A stretch of DNA of 31,080 nucleotides from Gemmatimonadota bacterium (GCA_040905425.1 JBBDRO010000061.1:1-31080), one strand, 5' to 3'; shown: positions 19,059 through 28,155, counted from the stretch's first letter. Program-made: numbers and translations. The notes: generated by a model not told the origin, from the sequence alone.

Positions 19059-20272
19059 GATTCTTCCATCTCCCCCTGGAACCCCACCGCGGCGGCGGCG
19101 CCGAGTCGCGCCACTTCGCCGGCATCGTACCCCAACTCCGCCAGAATATCCCGCGTATGCTCCCCGGCGTGCGGCGGCGGAGCCGGGTGCACCGCGCGCG
19201 TGCCGTTCCAGCGCAGCGGCGGCGCCACGCTGGTGAAGCTGTCCCCCCGGGAGCCCTGGACGTGACGCACCAGACCGCTGGCCTCGGTCTGCGGATCACG
19301 CGCCACCTGGCCCACATCCTGGATGGGCGCGCACGGCACCCCCGCCTCCCGCAGTAGCTCCACCAAAGCGTCGGTGCGCAGCGGCTGCGTGGCCCGCGCC
19401 AGCGCCGCACACAGTTCGACCCGGTGCGCCACGCGACCGGGATTGTCGGCAAAACGGGCATCGTGCGCCAGCGCCTCCTGTTGGAGCGCGGCGCAGAGCC
19501 GGGCGAAGAGGCCGTCATTGGCCGCCGCGATCATGAGGCGGCCGTCCGCCGTGGGAAATGCGTCGTAGGGGGCAATCAGGGGAAACGCGGTGCCCTGGGG
19601 GCCGGGCACGGTGCCCCCGGCATGGAAGCCCGCCAGGTGATAGGCCATCCAGGAGAGGGTGGTCTCGTAGAGCGAGCTGACCACGTGGGCGCCCCGCCCC
19701 GTTCGCTCCCGATCACGGAGCGCCGCGAGCACCGCCACGGCCGCCCACATGCCCGTGCCCATGTCCACCATGGAGGTGCCCACCCGGGCAGGCTGTCCCG
19801 GCTGCCCCGTCACCGAGATGAGGCCACCCTGCGCCTGCATCAGCGGATCGTAGCCGGGCAGGTGGCACTGGGGGCCCTCCATGCCGTAGGCGGTGACGGT
19901 ACAGTAGACCAGGCGGGGGTTCATGTCATGGACGATCTCCCAGCCGAAGCCCAGGCGCTCGATCACGCCGGCACGGAAGGACTGGAGGAAGATGTCCGCG
20001 CCGGCGAGCAGGCGTTCGAGCACCTCCCGCCCGGCGCTCTGCTTGAGGTCCAGCAGCAGACTGCGTTTGCCCCGGTTCGCAGCGCCGAAGATGACCGCCT
20101 CCCCACCCTCGAACGGCGGCCCCCACGCGCGCGCCGGATCGCCGCCGGGCGGCTCCACCTTCACCACGGCGGCGCCCAGGTCGGCCAGGATCTGGGCGCA
20201 GTAGGGTCCGGCCAGGTTCTGTGAGAGGTCCACCACCCGCACGCCCGTGAGCGGTGCGAAGGCCGTGCTCAT
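19055..20272 (-). CDS. CaiB/BaiF family III CoA-transferase
   Basis: LAGPYC..LADLGA.V.KVE, NRGKRS, GYDPLMQA, catalytic Asp in SMVDMGTG. Confidence 0.93.
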   Translation of the reverse strand: MSTAFAPLTGVRVVDLSQNLAGPYCAQILADLGAAVVKVEPPGGDPARAWGPPFEGGEAVIFGAANRGKRSLLLDLKQSAGREVLERLLAGADIFLQSFRAGVIERLGFGWEIVHDMNPRLVYCTVTAYGMEGPQCHLPGYDPLMQAQGGLISVTGQPGQPARVGTSMVDMGTGMWAAVAVLAALRDRERTGRGAHVVSSLYETTLSWMAYHLAGFHAGGTVPGPQGTAFPLIAPYDAFPTADGRLMIAAANDGLFARLCAALQQEALAHDARFADNPGRVAHRVELCAALARATQPLRTDALVELLREAGVPCAPIQDVGQVARDPQTEASGLVRHVQGSRGDSFTSVAPPLRWNGTRAVHPAPPPHAGEHTRDILAELGYDAGEVARLGAAAAVGFQGEMEES

Positions 20273-20619
20273 GCCGGCGTCAACCAGGCGCGCCAGGCCT
20301 CCTCCGCCGAGCCCACCGTCAGCCGATCGCCATTGCGCACGAGGGGCGTGCGCAGGAGCAATGGCTCCTCCACCAGCTTCTCCACCCAGCGGTCGTGGCT
20401 CAAATAGGCGTGGGCCAGGCCCAGGGAGTTGAATCGGCGGCCCTCCCGGTCCATTATACCCTCCACGCCGAAGCGCTCCACGAAGCGGCGCAGTTCCCCG
20501 CGGGAAGCGGCGCGCTGCTTCAGATCCACGAAATGGGTGCGCACACGGCGTTCGGAGAAGAAGCGCAGCGCCTTACGGGTGGCGGCGTCATTGCGGACAC
20601 CGAAGATCTGGACTTCCAT
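20269..20619 (-). CDS. ArsC/Spx/YffB-family thioredoxin-fold protein lacking cysteine
   Basis: QIFG....TRKALRFF N-terminus and EPLLLRTPLV C-terminal motif; ATGA overlap with the CoA-transferase gene. Confidence 0.8.
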   Translation of the reverse strand: MEVQIFGVRNDAATRKALRFFSERRVRTHFVDLKQRAASRGELRRFVERFGVEGIMDREGRRFNSLGLAHAYLSHDRWVEKLVEEPLLLRTPLVRNGDRLTVGSAEEAWRAWLTPA

Positions 20620-20625
20620 GCCAGC

Positions 20626-20654
20626 AACCTAGATTGCCTGGCCCGGATCGCCAA
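20626..20654 (-). promoter_or_regulatory. Putative sigma70 promoter, leaderless arrangement (TTGGCG-N17-TAGGTT-N6-ATG)
   Basis: -10 ends 6 nt before ATG 20619; no Shine-Dalgarno sequence. Confidence 0.5.
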
Positions 20655-20706
20655 CCGCGCGGCGTCCCCGCGCGGAGCGCTCGACCCTGGAGGAGGATAC
20701 GTGCCG

Positions 20707-21900
20707 ATGACCGGAAGGATCTTGAGCGCCAGCCGGGGGGCCGCCCTGGGTGCCGCGGTGGCGCTGGTGGCCGGGTGCGGAGAGCCGGTGGACCCCAGCG
20801 GAGTCTACGACCTGACCTTCGATCTCACGCCCGCGGACATGCGCGCGCAGTTGACCATCCCGGGTGGCGACGTGGAGGGTGGCATGCTCCTTCTGCGGGG
20901 CCTGCGCACGCAGCAGTTCGGCTCGGTCGACATGGTAACCGCGGGGGACAGCCTCACACTCCGCTTTGCACCGAACGCCGAGTTGCGGCTGGGCTTGAGG
21001 GGCGATTCGGTCCACGGCGTGTACCTGCTTTCATCGGTCGACACGATCCTGGTGCGCGGCGTGCGAACCGGTGCGCCGCCCGACAGCGCCGTCGTGGCCG
21101 CGCTGGGCCCGCGCCGCCAGGCGCCCGGCGTGCTCTCCACCGACGAGCAGGGTGATCTCCTGCCCACGTTCGGCGCCGGGCGGCTACTGCTCACGCGCAG
21201 CAGTCCCGACTGGCGCCGGCATGTGCTCGTGGCAACGGAGCAGGAGGGTGAGGGATGGGCCGCCCCGCAGGCGCTGCCGTTCTCGGGCGGTACGTGGAAC
21301 GACCGCGGGGCCGCATTCGCGCCGGGAGATTCCCTGCTCGTGTTCTCCTCCGACCGGCCCCTGCCGGGTGACTCGGCCGGCGGGGACTGGAATCTATGGA
21401 GCGTGGCGCGTACCGCGGACGGCTGGGCGGAGCCGGCGCCCCTGGCCATCAATTCCGATTCGGTGGACTTCCACCCCTCGATTTCCGATGACGGCACCCT
21501 CTACTTCTCCTCGCGGCGCACGGGCGGCATGGGAGGGGCGGACATCTGGCGGGCCGCACGCGGTGCCGCGGGCTGGCAGGAGCCCGCGAACCTGGGCGGG
21601 GGGATCAACGGTGAATGGGACGAAGGCAGCGTCTTCGTGGCGCCGGACGGGAGCTGGCTGCTCGTGAGCGTCACGGAGCGGCCCGGTGGGCTGGGGAGCG
21701 AGGACCTGTGGTTGGCGGAACGATCCGGAAACGGTTGGGACGAGCTCCGCAACCCGGGAGCGCCCCTCAATTCCTTCGCGGCCGAGTACGGCGCCACGCT
21801 GGAGACCGGCGGGGCGGCGCTCTGGTTCACCAGCCATCGCCGGGGCCTGGCCGACCTCTACCGGCTACCGCTGGACGAAGCGGGCATCAGCGGCGGCTGA
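20707..21900 (+). CDS. Lipoprotein with a C-terminal PD40/TolB-like beta-propeller
   Basis: GGAGGAGG RBS; lipobox LVAGC; repeats such as FSSDRP, HPSISDDGTLYFSSRR.GG.G..DIW and FVAPDGS; start is GTG 20701 or ATG 20707. Confidence 0.8.
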   Translation: MTGRILSASRGAALGAAVALVAGCGEPVDPSGVYDLTFDLTPADMRAQLTIPGGDVEGGMLLLRGLRTQQFGSVDMVTAGDSLTLRFAPNAELRLGLRGDSVHGVYLLSSVDTILVRGVRTGAPPDSAVVAALGPRRQAPGVLSTDEQGDLLPTFGAGRLLLTRSSPDWRRHVLVATEQEGEGWAAPQALPFSGGTWNDRGAAFAPGDSLLVFSSDRPLPGDSAGGDWNLWSVARTADGWAEPAPLAINSDSVDFHPSISDDGTLYFSSRRTGGMGGADIWRAARGAAGWQEPANLGGGINGEWDEGSVFVAPDGSWLLVSVTERPGGLGSEDLWLAERSGNGWDELRNPGAPLNSFAAEYGATLETGGAALWFTSHRRGLADLYRLPLDEAGISGG

Positions 21901-21909
21901 ACGCAGCGC

Positions 21910-23529
21910 TCAGCCCGTGGCCAGCGCCTCCAGGAAGGCCTGGCCGTACCGTTCGAGCTTGGCGGGGCCCACGCCCGGCACCTGCAGGAGTTCGGCCGGC
22001 GTGGCCGGCCGGCGCGCCGCCATTTCGCGCAGCACCTTGTCACTGAACACGATGTAAGCCGGCTTGCCCTCGGCGTCGGCGAGCGCCTTGCGCAGCGCGC
22101 GCAGCGTGTGGAAGAGCGCCTCGTCGGGATCGTCGTGCACCAGGCCGGCGTCGATGGCGGCGCGCGCCGCGGCCAGCGGATCCACAGCCAGGGCGGGACG
22201 CGGCCCGCCCACGCGCGCGCTCCGACTTCCCGAACGCCCACCACGGTCCCGCCCGCGCGCCAGCATGGCCGCCGCCGTGATGTCCGCCACCGTCAGGCCG
22301 GTGCACACGTCGCAGGACCCCGTGCACGGCGCCATGGCTTCGTCAAAGTGTTCGAGGATGCCCTGGTGACGGCAACCGCCGCCCTCGAGCAAGTCGAAGA
22401 GGTCCACCGTGGCCCGATGCCGGGCGCGCCGATGCTCCGGATCCTCGATATCCCGCAGGAAGCGCTCGTGCAGCTTCACGTCGGCCCAGGAGTAGAAGAG
22501 GGTGCAGTCACTCTCCAGACCGTCGCGGCCCGCGCGACCGATCTCCTGGTACCAGGACTCCACGTCCTTGGGCATGTCACGGTGGATCACAAAGCGCACG
22601 TTGGACTTGTCGATGCCCATGCCGAACGCGATGGTGGCCACGATCACGTCCACGTCATCGCGGGCGAAGGCCTCCTGATTGGCAACGCGTTCCCCGTCCG
22701 GCAATCCCGCGTGGTACGGCCGGGCGCGGACGCCGTTTCTGACCAGGTACGCTGCGGTCTGCTCCACCGCCTTCCTGGAGAGGCAGTAGACGATCCCGCT
22801 CTCCCCGTGGCGCGTGTCGATGAGCGCCAGGATCTCCTGGCGAGTGTGCCCACCCTTCTCCTTCTTCCGCACCCGGATGTTCAGGTTCGGACGGAAGAAG
22901 GAGCCCTTGTAACCGGCGGGCCGCTGCATACCGAGCTGGCGCACGATGTCCAGCGCCACGCGCCGGGTGGCCGTGGCGGTCAACGCCAGGACGGGCACAC
23001 CTCCGAGCTCGTCGCGCAGGCCGGCCAGGCGGCGGTAGGACGGCCGGAAATCGTGCCCCCAGCGGCTGATGCAGTGTGCCTCGTCGACCACCAGGAGGGT
23101 GATGGGGCAGCCGCGCAGAAAGTCCCGTAATGAACCCTCCAGCGCTTCCGGAGCCAGGTAGACGAGTTCGTAGCCGCCGGTCCTCAGTTCGGCCAGCCGC
23201 CGGCGGCGCTCCTCCGGATCCAGGCTGGAGTTGATGGCCGTGGCACGATACCCCAGCTCATCCAGCGCATCCACCTGATCCTTCATGAGGCTGATGAGGG
23301 GAGACAGCACGAGCACCGTGCCGTCCAGGAGCCGGGCAGGTAGCTGGAAGGTGAGGGACTTGCCCGCCCCTGTTGGCATGACCCCGATGCAATCCCGGCG
23401 GTCCAGCACGGCATCCACGATCTCCCGCTGTCCGGGCCGGAAGCAGTCGTAGCCGAAGACGTCGCGGAGCACGTCGAGGGGTCCGGCCGGCGCGGGAGAC
23501 GTCTGATCGAAGAGGCTTGGCTGGGCCAT
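21910..23529 (-). CDS. recQ: ATP-dependent DNA helicase, RecQ family, with HRDC domain (539 aa)
   Basis: MPTGAGKS, DEAHCIS.WGHDFRP, TATAT, AFGMGIDK, YQEIGRAGRDG, Zn ligands CRH..C..CDVC, HRDC PAYIVFSD..GVGPAKLERYG. Confidence 0.93.
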   Translation of the reverse strand: MAQPSLFDQTSPAPAGPLDVLRDVFGYDCFRPGQREIVDAVLDRRDCIGVMPTGAGKSLTFQLPARLLDGTVLVLSPLISLMKDQVDALDELGYRATAINSSLDPEERRRRLAELRTGGYELVYLAPEALEGSLRDFLRGCPITLLVVDEAHCISRWGHDFRPSYRRLAGLRDELGGVPVLALTATATRRVALDIVRQLGMQRPAGYKGSFFRPNLNIRVRKKEKGGHTRQEILALIDTRHGESGIVYCLSRKAVEQTAAYLVRNGVRARPYHAGLPDGERVANQEAFARDDVDVIVATIAFGMGIDKSNVRFVIHRDMPKDVESWYQEIGRAGRDGLESDCTLFYSWADVKLHERFLRDIEDPEHRRARHRATVDLFDLLEGGGCRHQGILEHFDEAMAPCTGSCDVCTGLTVADITAAAMLARGRDRGGRSGSRSARVGGPRPALAVDPLAAARAAIDAGLVHDDPDEALFHTLRALRKALADAEGKPAYIVFSDKVLREMAARRPATPAELLQVPGVGPAKLERYGQAFLEALATG

Positions 23530-23531
23530 CC

Positions 23532-24356
23532 TCAGGCGGTCCGTTCCGCGGCGCGATCCCGGCGGAGGTCGGCCACCTCGTCCCGATTCCAACGGTAGAA
23601 GAGGATCGAGATGGCCGTCCACATGATGACCATCCCGCCCAGCTTCATGATCAGTCCGGCGAGCCACTGCTCCTGGAGGGTGCGGAACCCTTCGACGGGC
23701 GGCGCCAGCTCGTACACCCGATACAGCGGCAGATCGCTGAAGGTGATCATGGCGCCCGGCGCCACCATGACCATGGTAGCACCCACCAGGTAGCCCATTT
23801 TCATGGCCGGGGACATGAGTGGGCGCTCCGGCAGCGGTGCCACGACCGGCCACCAGAAGAGCACGCCGCCCGTCAGCCAGGCCATGTCGATCGCGAAGGA
23901 GCCGAGCTGCGAGACCATGAGCGAATCGGTGGTCACCGGCAGATGGGTGCCGATCATGATGGTCGTGAAGGCGGCAAAGGCCGGCAGGGGCCGTGTGGCC
24001 AGCTCCAGTACCCGTCCCACGTGCGGGGTTTCAAGCAGCCGGTGGAACGCCGCTCGGGGCACCCCCAGCAGCAGGAACACGGGCGCCGCCAGCCCGATCA
24101 GGATGAACTGGACCATGTGAATGCTGGCCATGTAGGAGCCGAGCGCACCGAGGGGCCAGTCCAGCGCCAGCCAGAGCAGGGCCAGCCCGGTGCCGAACCA
24201 TACGGGTGTACCGGTGGCTTCATGGGGTGCCCGCCGCGCGTGCCGCGTCAGCCGCAGATAGGCCACCGCAAGCAGCACCATGAACGCCCACACGCCGGGG
24301 TAGGCTTGCCACGCCCACGTCCACGCGACCCCCTGTGCGGAACACCAGAGCTGCAT
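23532..24356 (-). CDS. Cytochrome c oxidase assembly factor, caa3-type CtaG family
   Basis: LDWPLG..SIHMVQF..AP, HLP, FWWPV, EQWLAGLIMK; multiple TM helices; adjacent to SCO and PCuAC genes. Confidence 0.82.
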   Translation of the reverse strand: MQLWCSAQGVAWTWAWQAYPGVWAFMVLLAVAYLRLTRHARRAPHEATGTPVWFGTGLALLWLALDWPLGALGSYMASIHMVQFILIGLAAPVFLLLGVPRAAFHRLLETPHVGRVLELATRPLPAFAAFTTIMIGTHLPVTTDSLMVSQLGSFAIDMAWLTGGVLFWWPVVAPLPERPLMSPAMKMGYLVGATMVMVAPGAMITFSDLPLYRVYELAPPVEGFRTLQEQWLAGLIMKLGGMVIMWTAISILFYRWNRDEVADLRRDRAAERTA

Positions 24357-24399
24357 CTACTTCCTCATCCTCATTGGGTACGGCTGGCGATTCCGGAAG

Positions 24400-24888
24400 C
24401 TACCCGGCGGGGCCGAGCAGTTCCTCGAGTTCGCCGGGGCTCACGACACGGGCCGTCACCGGCACCACGGTACCGCTCCGAAAACGGAGCCGTACGGAGA
24501 CCCGACCCGCCTCCAGCGCGCGGGGAGCGATGCCGAAGAGCATGCCGTGCGCCCCGCCGGGACGCAGCTCGAGCCGGCCGGCGGCCGGGATCGGCAGGGA
24601 GTCAACCCGCTCCATGGCCCGGCGTCCGTCGGCCTGCCACGAGATGTGCAGCTCCCCACGCTCCAGGTCGGCTCCGCTCAGTTCCACGAGCGCGTCCGCT
24701 TCCCTGTGGCTCGTGACGAACAGGTAGAGCGCGCCGGGACGGCCCTCGGCCAGCGGGGGCGTGGCGTACACATGACTCACCGTGAGCCCCTGCCCCTCGA
24801 AGACGGCGCCATCGCCGGCCCCGCAACCCAGGACCAGGGCGGCCAGCACCAGTCCGGAGCTACCGCGCACCCTCACGGCCGCGCCCAT
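24400..24888 (-). CDS. Periplasmic copper chaperone PCuAC
   Basis: Exact H-X10-M-X21-H-X-M motif (H ISWQADGRRA M ... H G M); lipoprotein-like signal VLGC. Confidence 0.88.
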   Translation of the reverse strand: MGAAVRVRGSSGLVLAALVLGCGAGDGAVFEGQGLTVSHVYATPPLAEGRPGALYLFVTSHREADALVELSGADLERGELHISWQADGRRAMERVDSLPIPAAGRLELRPGGAHGMLFGIAPRALEAGRVSVRLRFRSGTVVPVTARVVSPGELEELLGPAG

Positions 24889-25559
24889 TCCGAGTCCGCG
24901 AGCCGGGGCAGATCACGCAGCCAATCCTGCTGGCGAATGCCGAATGGATAGGTCACGTGGGCGAACCCGTCGGGCGTGAACGCCAGGATCTGCGCCGAGT
25001 GCCCCACGGAATACTCGCCGTCCGCGGCGTCGGCCTCGTCGATCAGCGCCGGCGGGAGATTGACGGCGGCCTGGATGCGGTTGACTTCCTCGAAGCTGCC
25101 CCGCAGACCCACGAAGGACGGGTGGAACACGTCCAGCCATTCCCGGATCCGCTCGGGCGTGTCCCGCTCCGGATCCACCGAGACGAAAACCACCTGGAGC
25201 CGCCGCCGCACGTCCGCATCCAGACGGTCCATCACGGCCCCGAGATTGCCCAGGTGGACCGGGCAGATGTCCGGGCAGTGGGTGAAGCCGAAGAAGAGCA
25301 GCGTGATCCGGTCCGCCGTCTCGCGCCGGAAATCGAAGGGACGCCCCTCCGTATCGGTCAGGACAAAATCCGGCCTGGCCGGCGGCTCCGGAAGCACGAT
25401 GCCGCTGTAGCCGGTGGCGCGCAGGCGGGCATCCACGTTCTCGTCACCCGTAGTGCCGGGCCCACACGCTCCCGCCACACCCAGCAGGACCGCCATCCAG
25501 ACGATTCCCGGCAGTACCGGGAAGCGACCCCTCCCTGCACTCGAATTGCGATTGTTCAC
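24873..25559 (-). CDS. SCO1/SenC copper-binding protein
   Basis: FGFTHCPDIC (CxxxC), VSVDPERDT, YSVGHS His ligand; lipobox AGAC. Confidence 0.93.
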   Translation of the reverse strand: MNNRNSSAGRGRFPVLPGIVWMAVLLGVAGACGPGTTGDENVDARLRATGYSGIVLPEPPARPDFVLTDTEGRPFDFRRETADRITLLFFGFTHCPDICPVHLGNLGAVMDRLDADVRRRLQVVFVSVDPERDTPERIREWLDVFHPSFVGLRGSFEEVNRIQAAVNLPPALIDEADAADGEYSVGHSAQILAFTPDGFAHVTYPFGIRQQDWLRDLPRLADSEWARP

Positions 25560-25565
25560 CGTGGG

Positions 25566-25594
25566 AAGTTAACAGCATCCGGGGGGCTGGCCAA
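25566..25594 (-). promoter_or_regulatory. Putative sigma70 promoter, leaderless arrangement (TTGGCC-N17-TAACTT-N6-GTG)
   Basis: Extended -10 TG-T-TAACTT ends 6 nt before GTG 25559; no Shine-Dalgarno sequence. Confidence 0.5.
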
Positions 25595-25719
25595 TCGCAA
25601 TCCGGGCCTTCGGGATGTCCGTTGGGGACGTGTTAACGGCGGCTGGACAGCGGCGGGTCCGACGAAGCCGCAGCCCGCACGCAGTCGATTGCCGGACCGC
25701 GGCATGGCGAGCCAGCCCC

Positions 25720-26256
25720 TCAGGTCGCGGGGACCTCGACGTGCGCCGTGGAGACCTCCTGGCCGAGGTGCGTTGCCAGGAGTTCGTGGTAGGCCTCGAG
25801 AGTGCGATGGTGGCCAAATACGAAGCGCGACAGGGTACGGAAGATCGGGTTGTAGACCTGACCCTCCTCCACGATGGTCAAGCGGGTGCCCCCCTCGGCA
25901 GGTTCGAACAGCCACGTCCAGGTGCCGCCGTAGGGCAGATCCTCGTCCACGATGCGTGCCGCGAAGCGCCGGCCCGGCACGGCCTCGAGGGCCTGATAGG
26001 TGACGGCGCCGTACTGGTTGTGCTCACGCCAGCGAAGCAGGCCGTCGGTCTCGCCGAGGCGCTCCACCCGATCCACGTCCGGCCGCCAGGCGGCCAGCCC
26101 GTCCAGGTCGGTGACGGCATGCCACACGGCCTCCGGAGACGCGCGGTACGTGCCCGCCACCGCGGCCGTGTGCCCCGCGGGCAGCAGCAGGCCGGTTAGC
26201 ACCACCAGCCCGAACAGGCCCAGGATGCTGCCGAGGCCGTACAGCAGCCATTTCAT
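25720..26256 (-). CDS. Membrane-anchored SRPBCC (START-like/polyketide cyclase-like) protein
   Basis: N-terminal TM helix; ASPEAVWHAVTD..WRPDV, GGTWTW.F.P..GGTRLTI; GGAAG purine-rich RBS; ATGA overlap with the kinase stop. Confidence 0.82.
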   Translation of the reverse strand: MKWLLYGLGSILGLFGLVVLTGLLLPAGHTAAVAGTYRASPEAVWHAVTDLDGLAAWRPDVDRVERLGETDGLLRWREHNQYGAVTYQALEAVPGRRFAARIVDEDLPYGGTWTWLFEPAEGGTRLTIVEEGQVYNPIFRTLSRFVFGHHRTLEAYHELLATHLGQEVSTAHVEVPAT

Positions 26257-28064
26257 ACTTCTTCCTTCCCATCTCGTGGGTCCGGCGCGCCACGCTCCTG
26301 CGTTGGCGGGTCCTCCGGCAACGTCACGATGAACCGACTACCCTTCCCGGGCGTGCTCTCCGCGGTGAGCCGCCCACCCAGGCGCTCCGCCAGCTGGCGG
26401 GCGATCGTGAGCCCGAGCCCCACGCCGCCCGCCGTCCTGGTGGTACCCTGGTCGACCTGCCAGAAGGATTCGAAGATCCTCTCCATGTGCTCGGGAGCGA
26501 TGCCGACACCCGTGTCCTGGACTTCCAGTCGGAACTCGGACGGGCCCTGGAGCCAGCAGACACGCACGCCGCCGTTCGCCGTGAACTTCACCGCATTACC
26601 CAGTAGTTTCACCAGGATCTGCTGCAGCAGGTGTGGATCGGAGGAGATCGTCACGGCAACCTCGGGCGGCTCCACATGGATCCCGAGCGCCTTGGCTTCG
26701 GCCATCGGGCGGACCAGCTCAATGGCTCCGGCCACCGCATCGCCTGGATCGAGCGCACGGCTCTCCACGTCTTCGCGCTCGGCCTCCAGGCGGGTGAAGG
26801 TGAGCACCTCATCAACCAGACGCGTCATGTGCCAGGCCCCACTCTGGATGCGGGCCACCTGCTGGCGCTGCTGCTCCGTCAGCGGACCACCCACGCCCAT
26901 GCCCATCAGCTCCGCGTAGCCCACGATGGCGGTGAGCGGGGTGCGGAATTCGTGCGACATGACGCTCAGGAAGTCGGTCTTGGCCCTATCAGAGGCCCGC
27001 GCGTCCCGCAGCAGCCGCGCGTTGTCGATAGCCAGCGCCGCGTGTCCCGCCAACTCCTCCGCGAAGCCGAGGTCGCCGGGAGCGAACGTGCCACCGGCGC
27101 GGTAAAAGGTGATGGTGCCGAGCGTCTCGCGCCGCGCACGCAGCGGCACGCAGAGCGCCGCCGTGAACTCCAGCTGCCGGACCATGGCGGCTTCGTCGGG
27201 CGCCATGTGGCGGTCGAGCGCCGCCGCATGCAGATCCGGCACCAGCAGGGGCTTACCCGTCTGGACGACCCGGTCGGCCGCGCTCTCCTGCCGGGAATCC
27301 GGTTGGCGCGCACACCACTCGTCCAGCAGCTGCTGGCGCTCCCGGTCCACGTGCCGACACATGGCGGGCCGCAACGCGCCACCCTGGCAGAGCTGTACCA
27401 CACTGGCTTCGGCGAGGCCCGGAATGGCCAGCCATGCCACGGTCTCAATCGTGGAATCCATGTCCAGCGAGGAGGCCAGCGCGCGCACCATCTCCCAGGC
27501 CAGATTGCGACGCGTTTCGGCGTGCCGGTGCGCCGTGATGTCCCGCACTGAGCCGATCACCACGAGATCTCCATCCTCGCGATGGAAGGGCGCCACGTTG
27601 ATCGACAGCACGGCCCGGGAACCATCCGGCCGCTGGATGTCCACGTCGGCGTCGCTCACGGGACGCCCCGTGCGCAGCGCGCGGATCACGGGAAATTCCC
27701 GGCGGCGGAGCGGACGGCCGTCCGCGCCGCGCGCATCCCAGGCCCGTCCGCCGAAGCCGCGCACCTGCAGCGCTGCCTGATCGATCCCCAGGATGCGCTC
27801 CGCTGCCGTATTGGCGAATTCCACACCTCGACTCCGGGAAACCACCAGGATACCATCGGGATTGAGCTGCAGGAGGCTGGCCCAGGCGGGACTGAGGTCG
27901 GGCGCCTGTGGACGCGCCGAGAGGCCGCTGATCACGATGGACTCGACAGCGGCAGTGGATGGCGCAGGCCACCTGGCGCACCCGGATATGGCATGAAGGA
28001 ATCCGCTGGGCAACGTCGCGGTGTGGACGGGGACAGTGACCGGAGAGGCACTTTCACGACCCAC
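26253..28064 (-). CDS. Cytoplasmic PAS-GAF sensor histidine kinase (true start probably downstream, e.g. GTG 27935)
   Basis: PAS (NPDGILV..N.AAERILG..RDIT), GAF (CVPL..ALAIDNARL), SHEFRTP H-box, GNAVKF, DTGVGI, GVGLGL. Confidence 0.88.
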   Translation of the reverse strand: MGRESASPVTVPVHTATLPSGFLHAISGCARWPAPSTAAVESIVISGLSARPQAPDLSPAWASLLQLNPDGILVVSRSRGVEFANTAAERILGIDQAALQVRGFGGRAWDARGADGRPLRRREFPVIRALRTGRPVSDADVDIQRPDGSRAVLSINVAPFHREDGDLVVIGSVRDITAHRHAETRRNLAWEMVRALASSLDMDSTIETVAWLAIPGLAEASVVQLCQGGALRPAMCRHVDRERQQLLDEWCARQPDSRQESAADRVVQTGKPLLVPDLHAAALDRHMAPDEAAMVRQLEFTAALCVPLRARRETLGTITFYRAGGTFAPGDLGFAEELAGHAALAIDNARLLRDARASDRAKTDFLSVMSHEFRTPLTAIVGYAELMGMGVGGPLTEQQRQQVARIQSGAWHMTRLVDEVLTFTRLEAEREDVESRALDPGDAVAGAIELVRPMAEAKALGIHVEPPEVAVTISSDPHLLQQILVKLLGNAVKFTANGGVRVCWLQGPSEFRLEVQDTGVGIAPEHMERIFESFWQVDQGTTRTAGGVGLGLTIARQLAERLGGRLTAESTPGKGSRFIVTLPEDPPTQERGAPDPRDGKEEV

Positions 28065-28155
28065 ATCCTAGCGCCCGGGCGGCGGCGGGTCCAGAGGTGC
28101 GCGGAACCCCGCGCAGGGCGTCGTTCTGGACAACCCGCGCCGCGCACCCTAGAAT
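28065..28155. promoter_or_regulatory. Back-to-back divergent sigma70-like promoters
   Basis: Minus strand TGGACC(28093-28088)-N17-TAGGAT(28070-28065); plus strand TGGACA(28127-28132)-N17-TAGAAT(28150-28155). Confidence 0.55.

Noticed and set aside
16677..19265. 862-aa plus-strand ORF and similar long antisense ORFs (e.g. 3958-5235, 8000-9088, 10601-12598, 22108-23130)
   Set aside because: Shadow frames of well-supported opposite-strand genes, expected in high-GC DNA; no motifs
25560..25719. Possible riboswitch or structured leader upstream of SCO (GGGGCTGGC/GCCAGCCCC inverted repeat, two GTTAAC sites)
   Set aside because: Short GC-rich stems are expected by chance, no riboswitch consensus was recognised, and the promoter geometry suggests a leaderless SCO transcript
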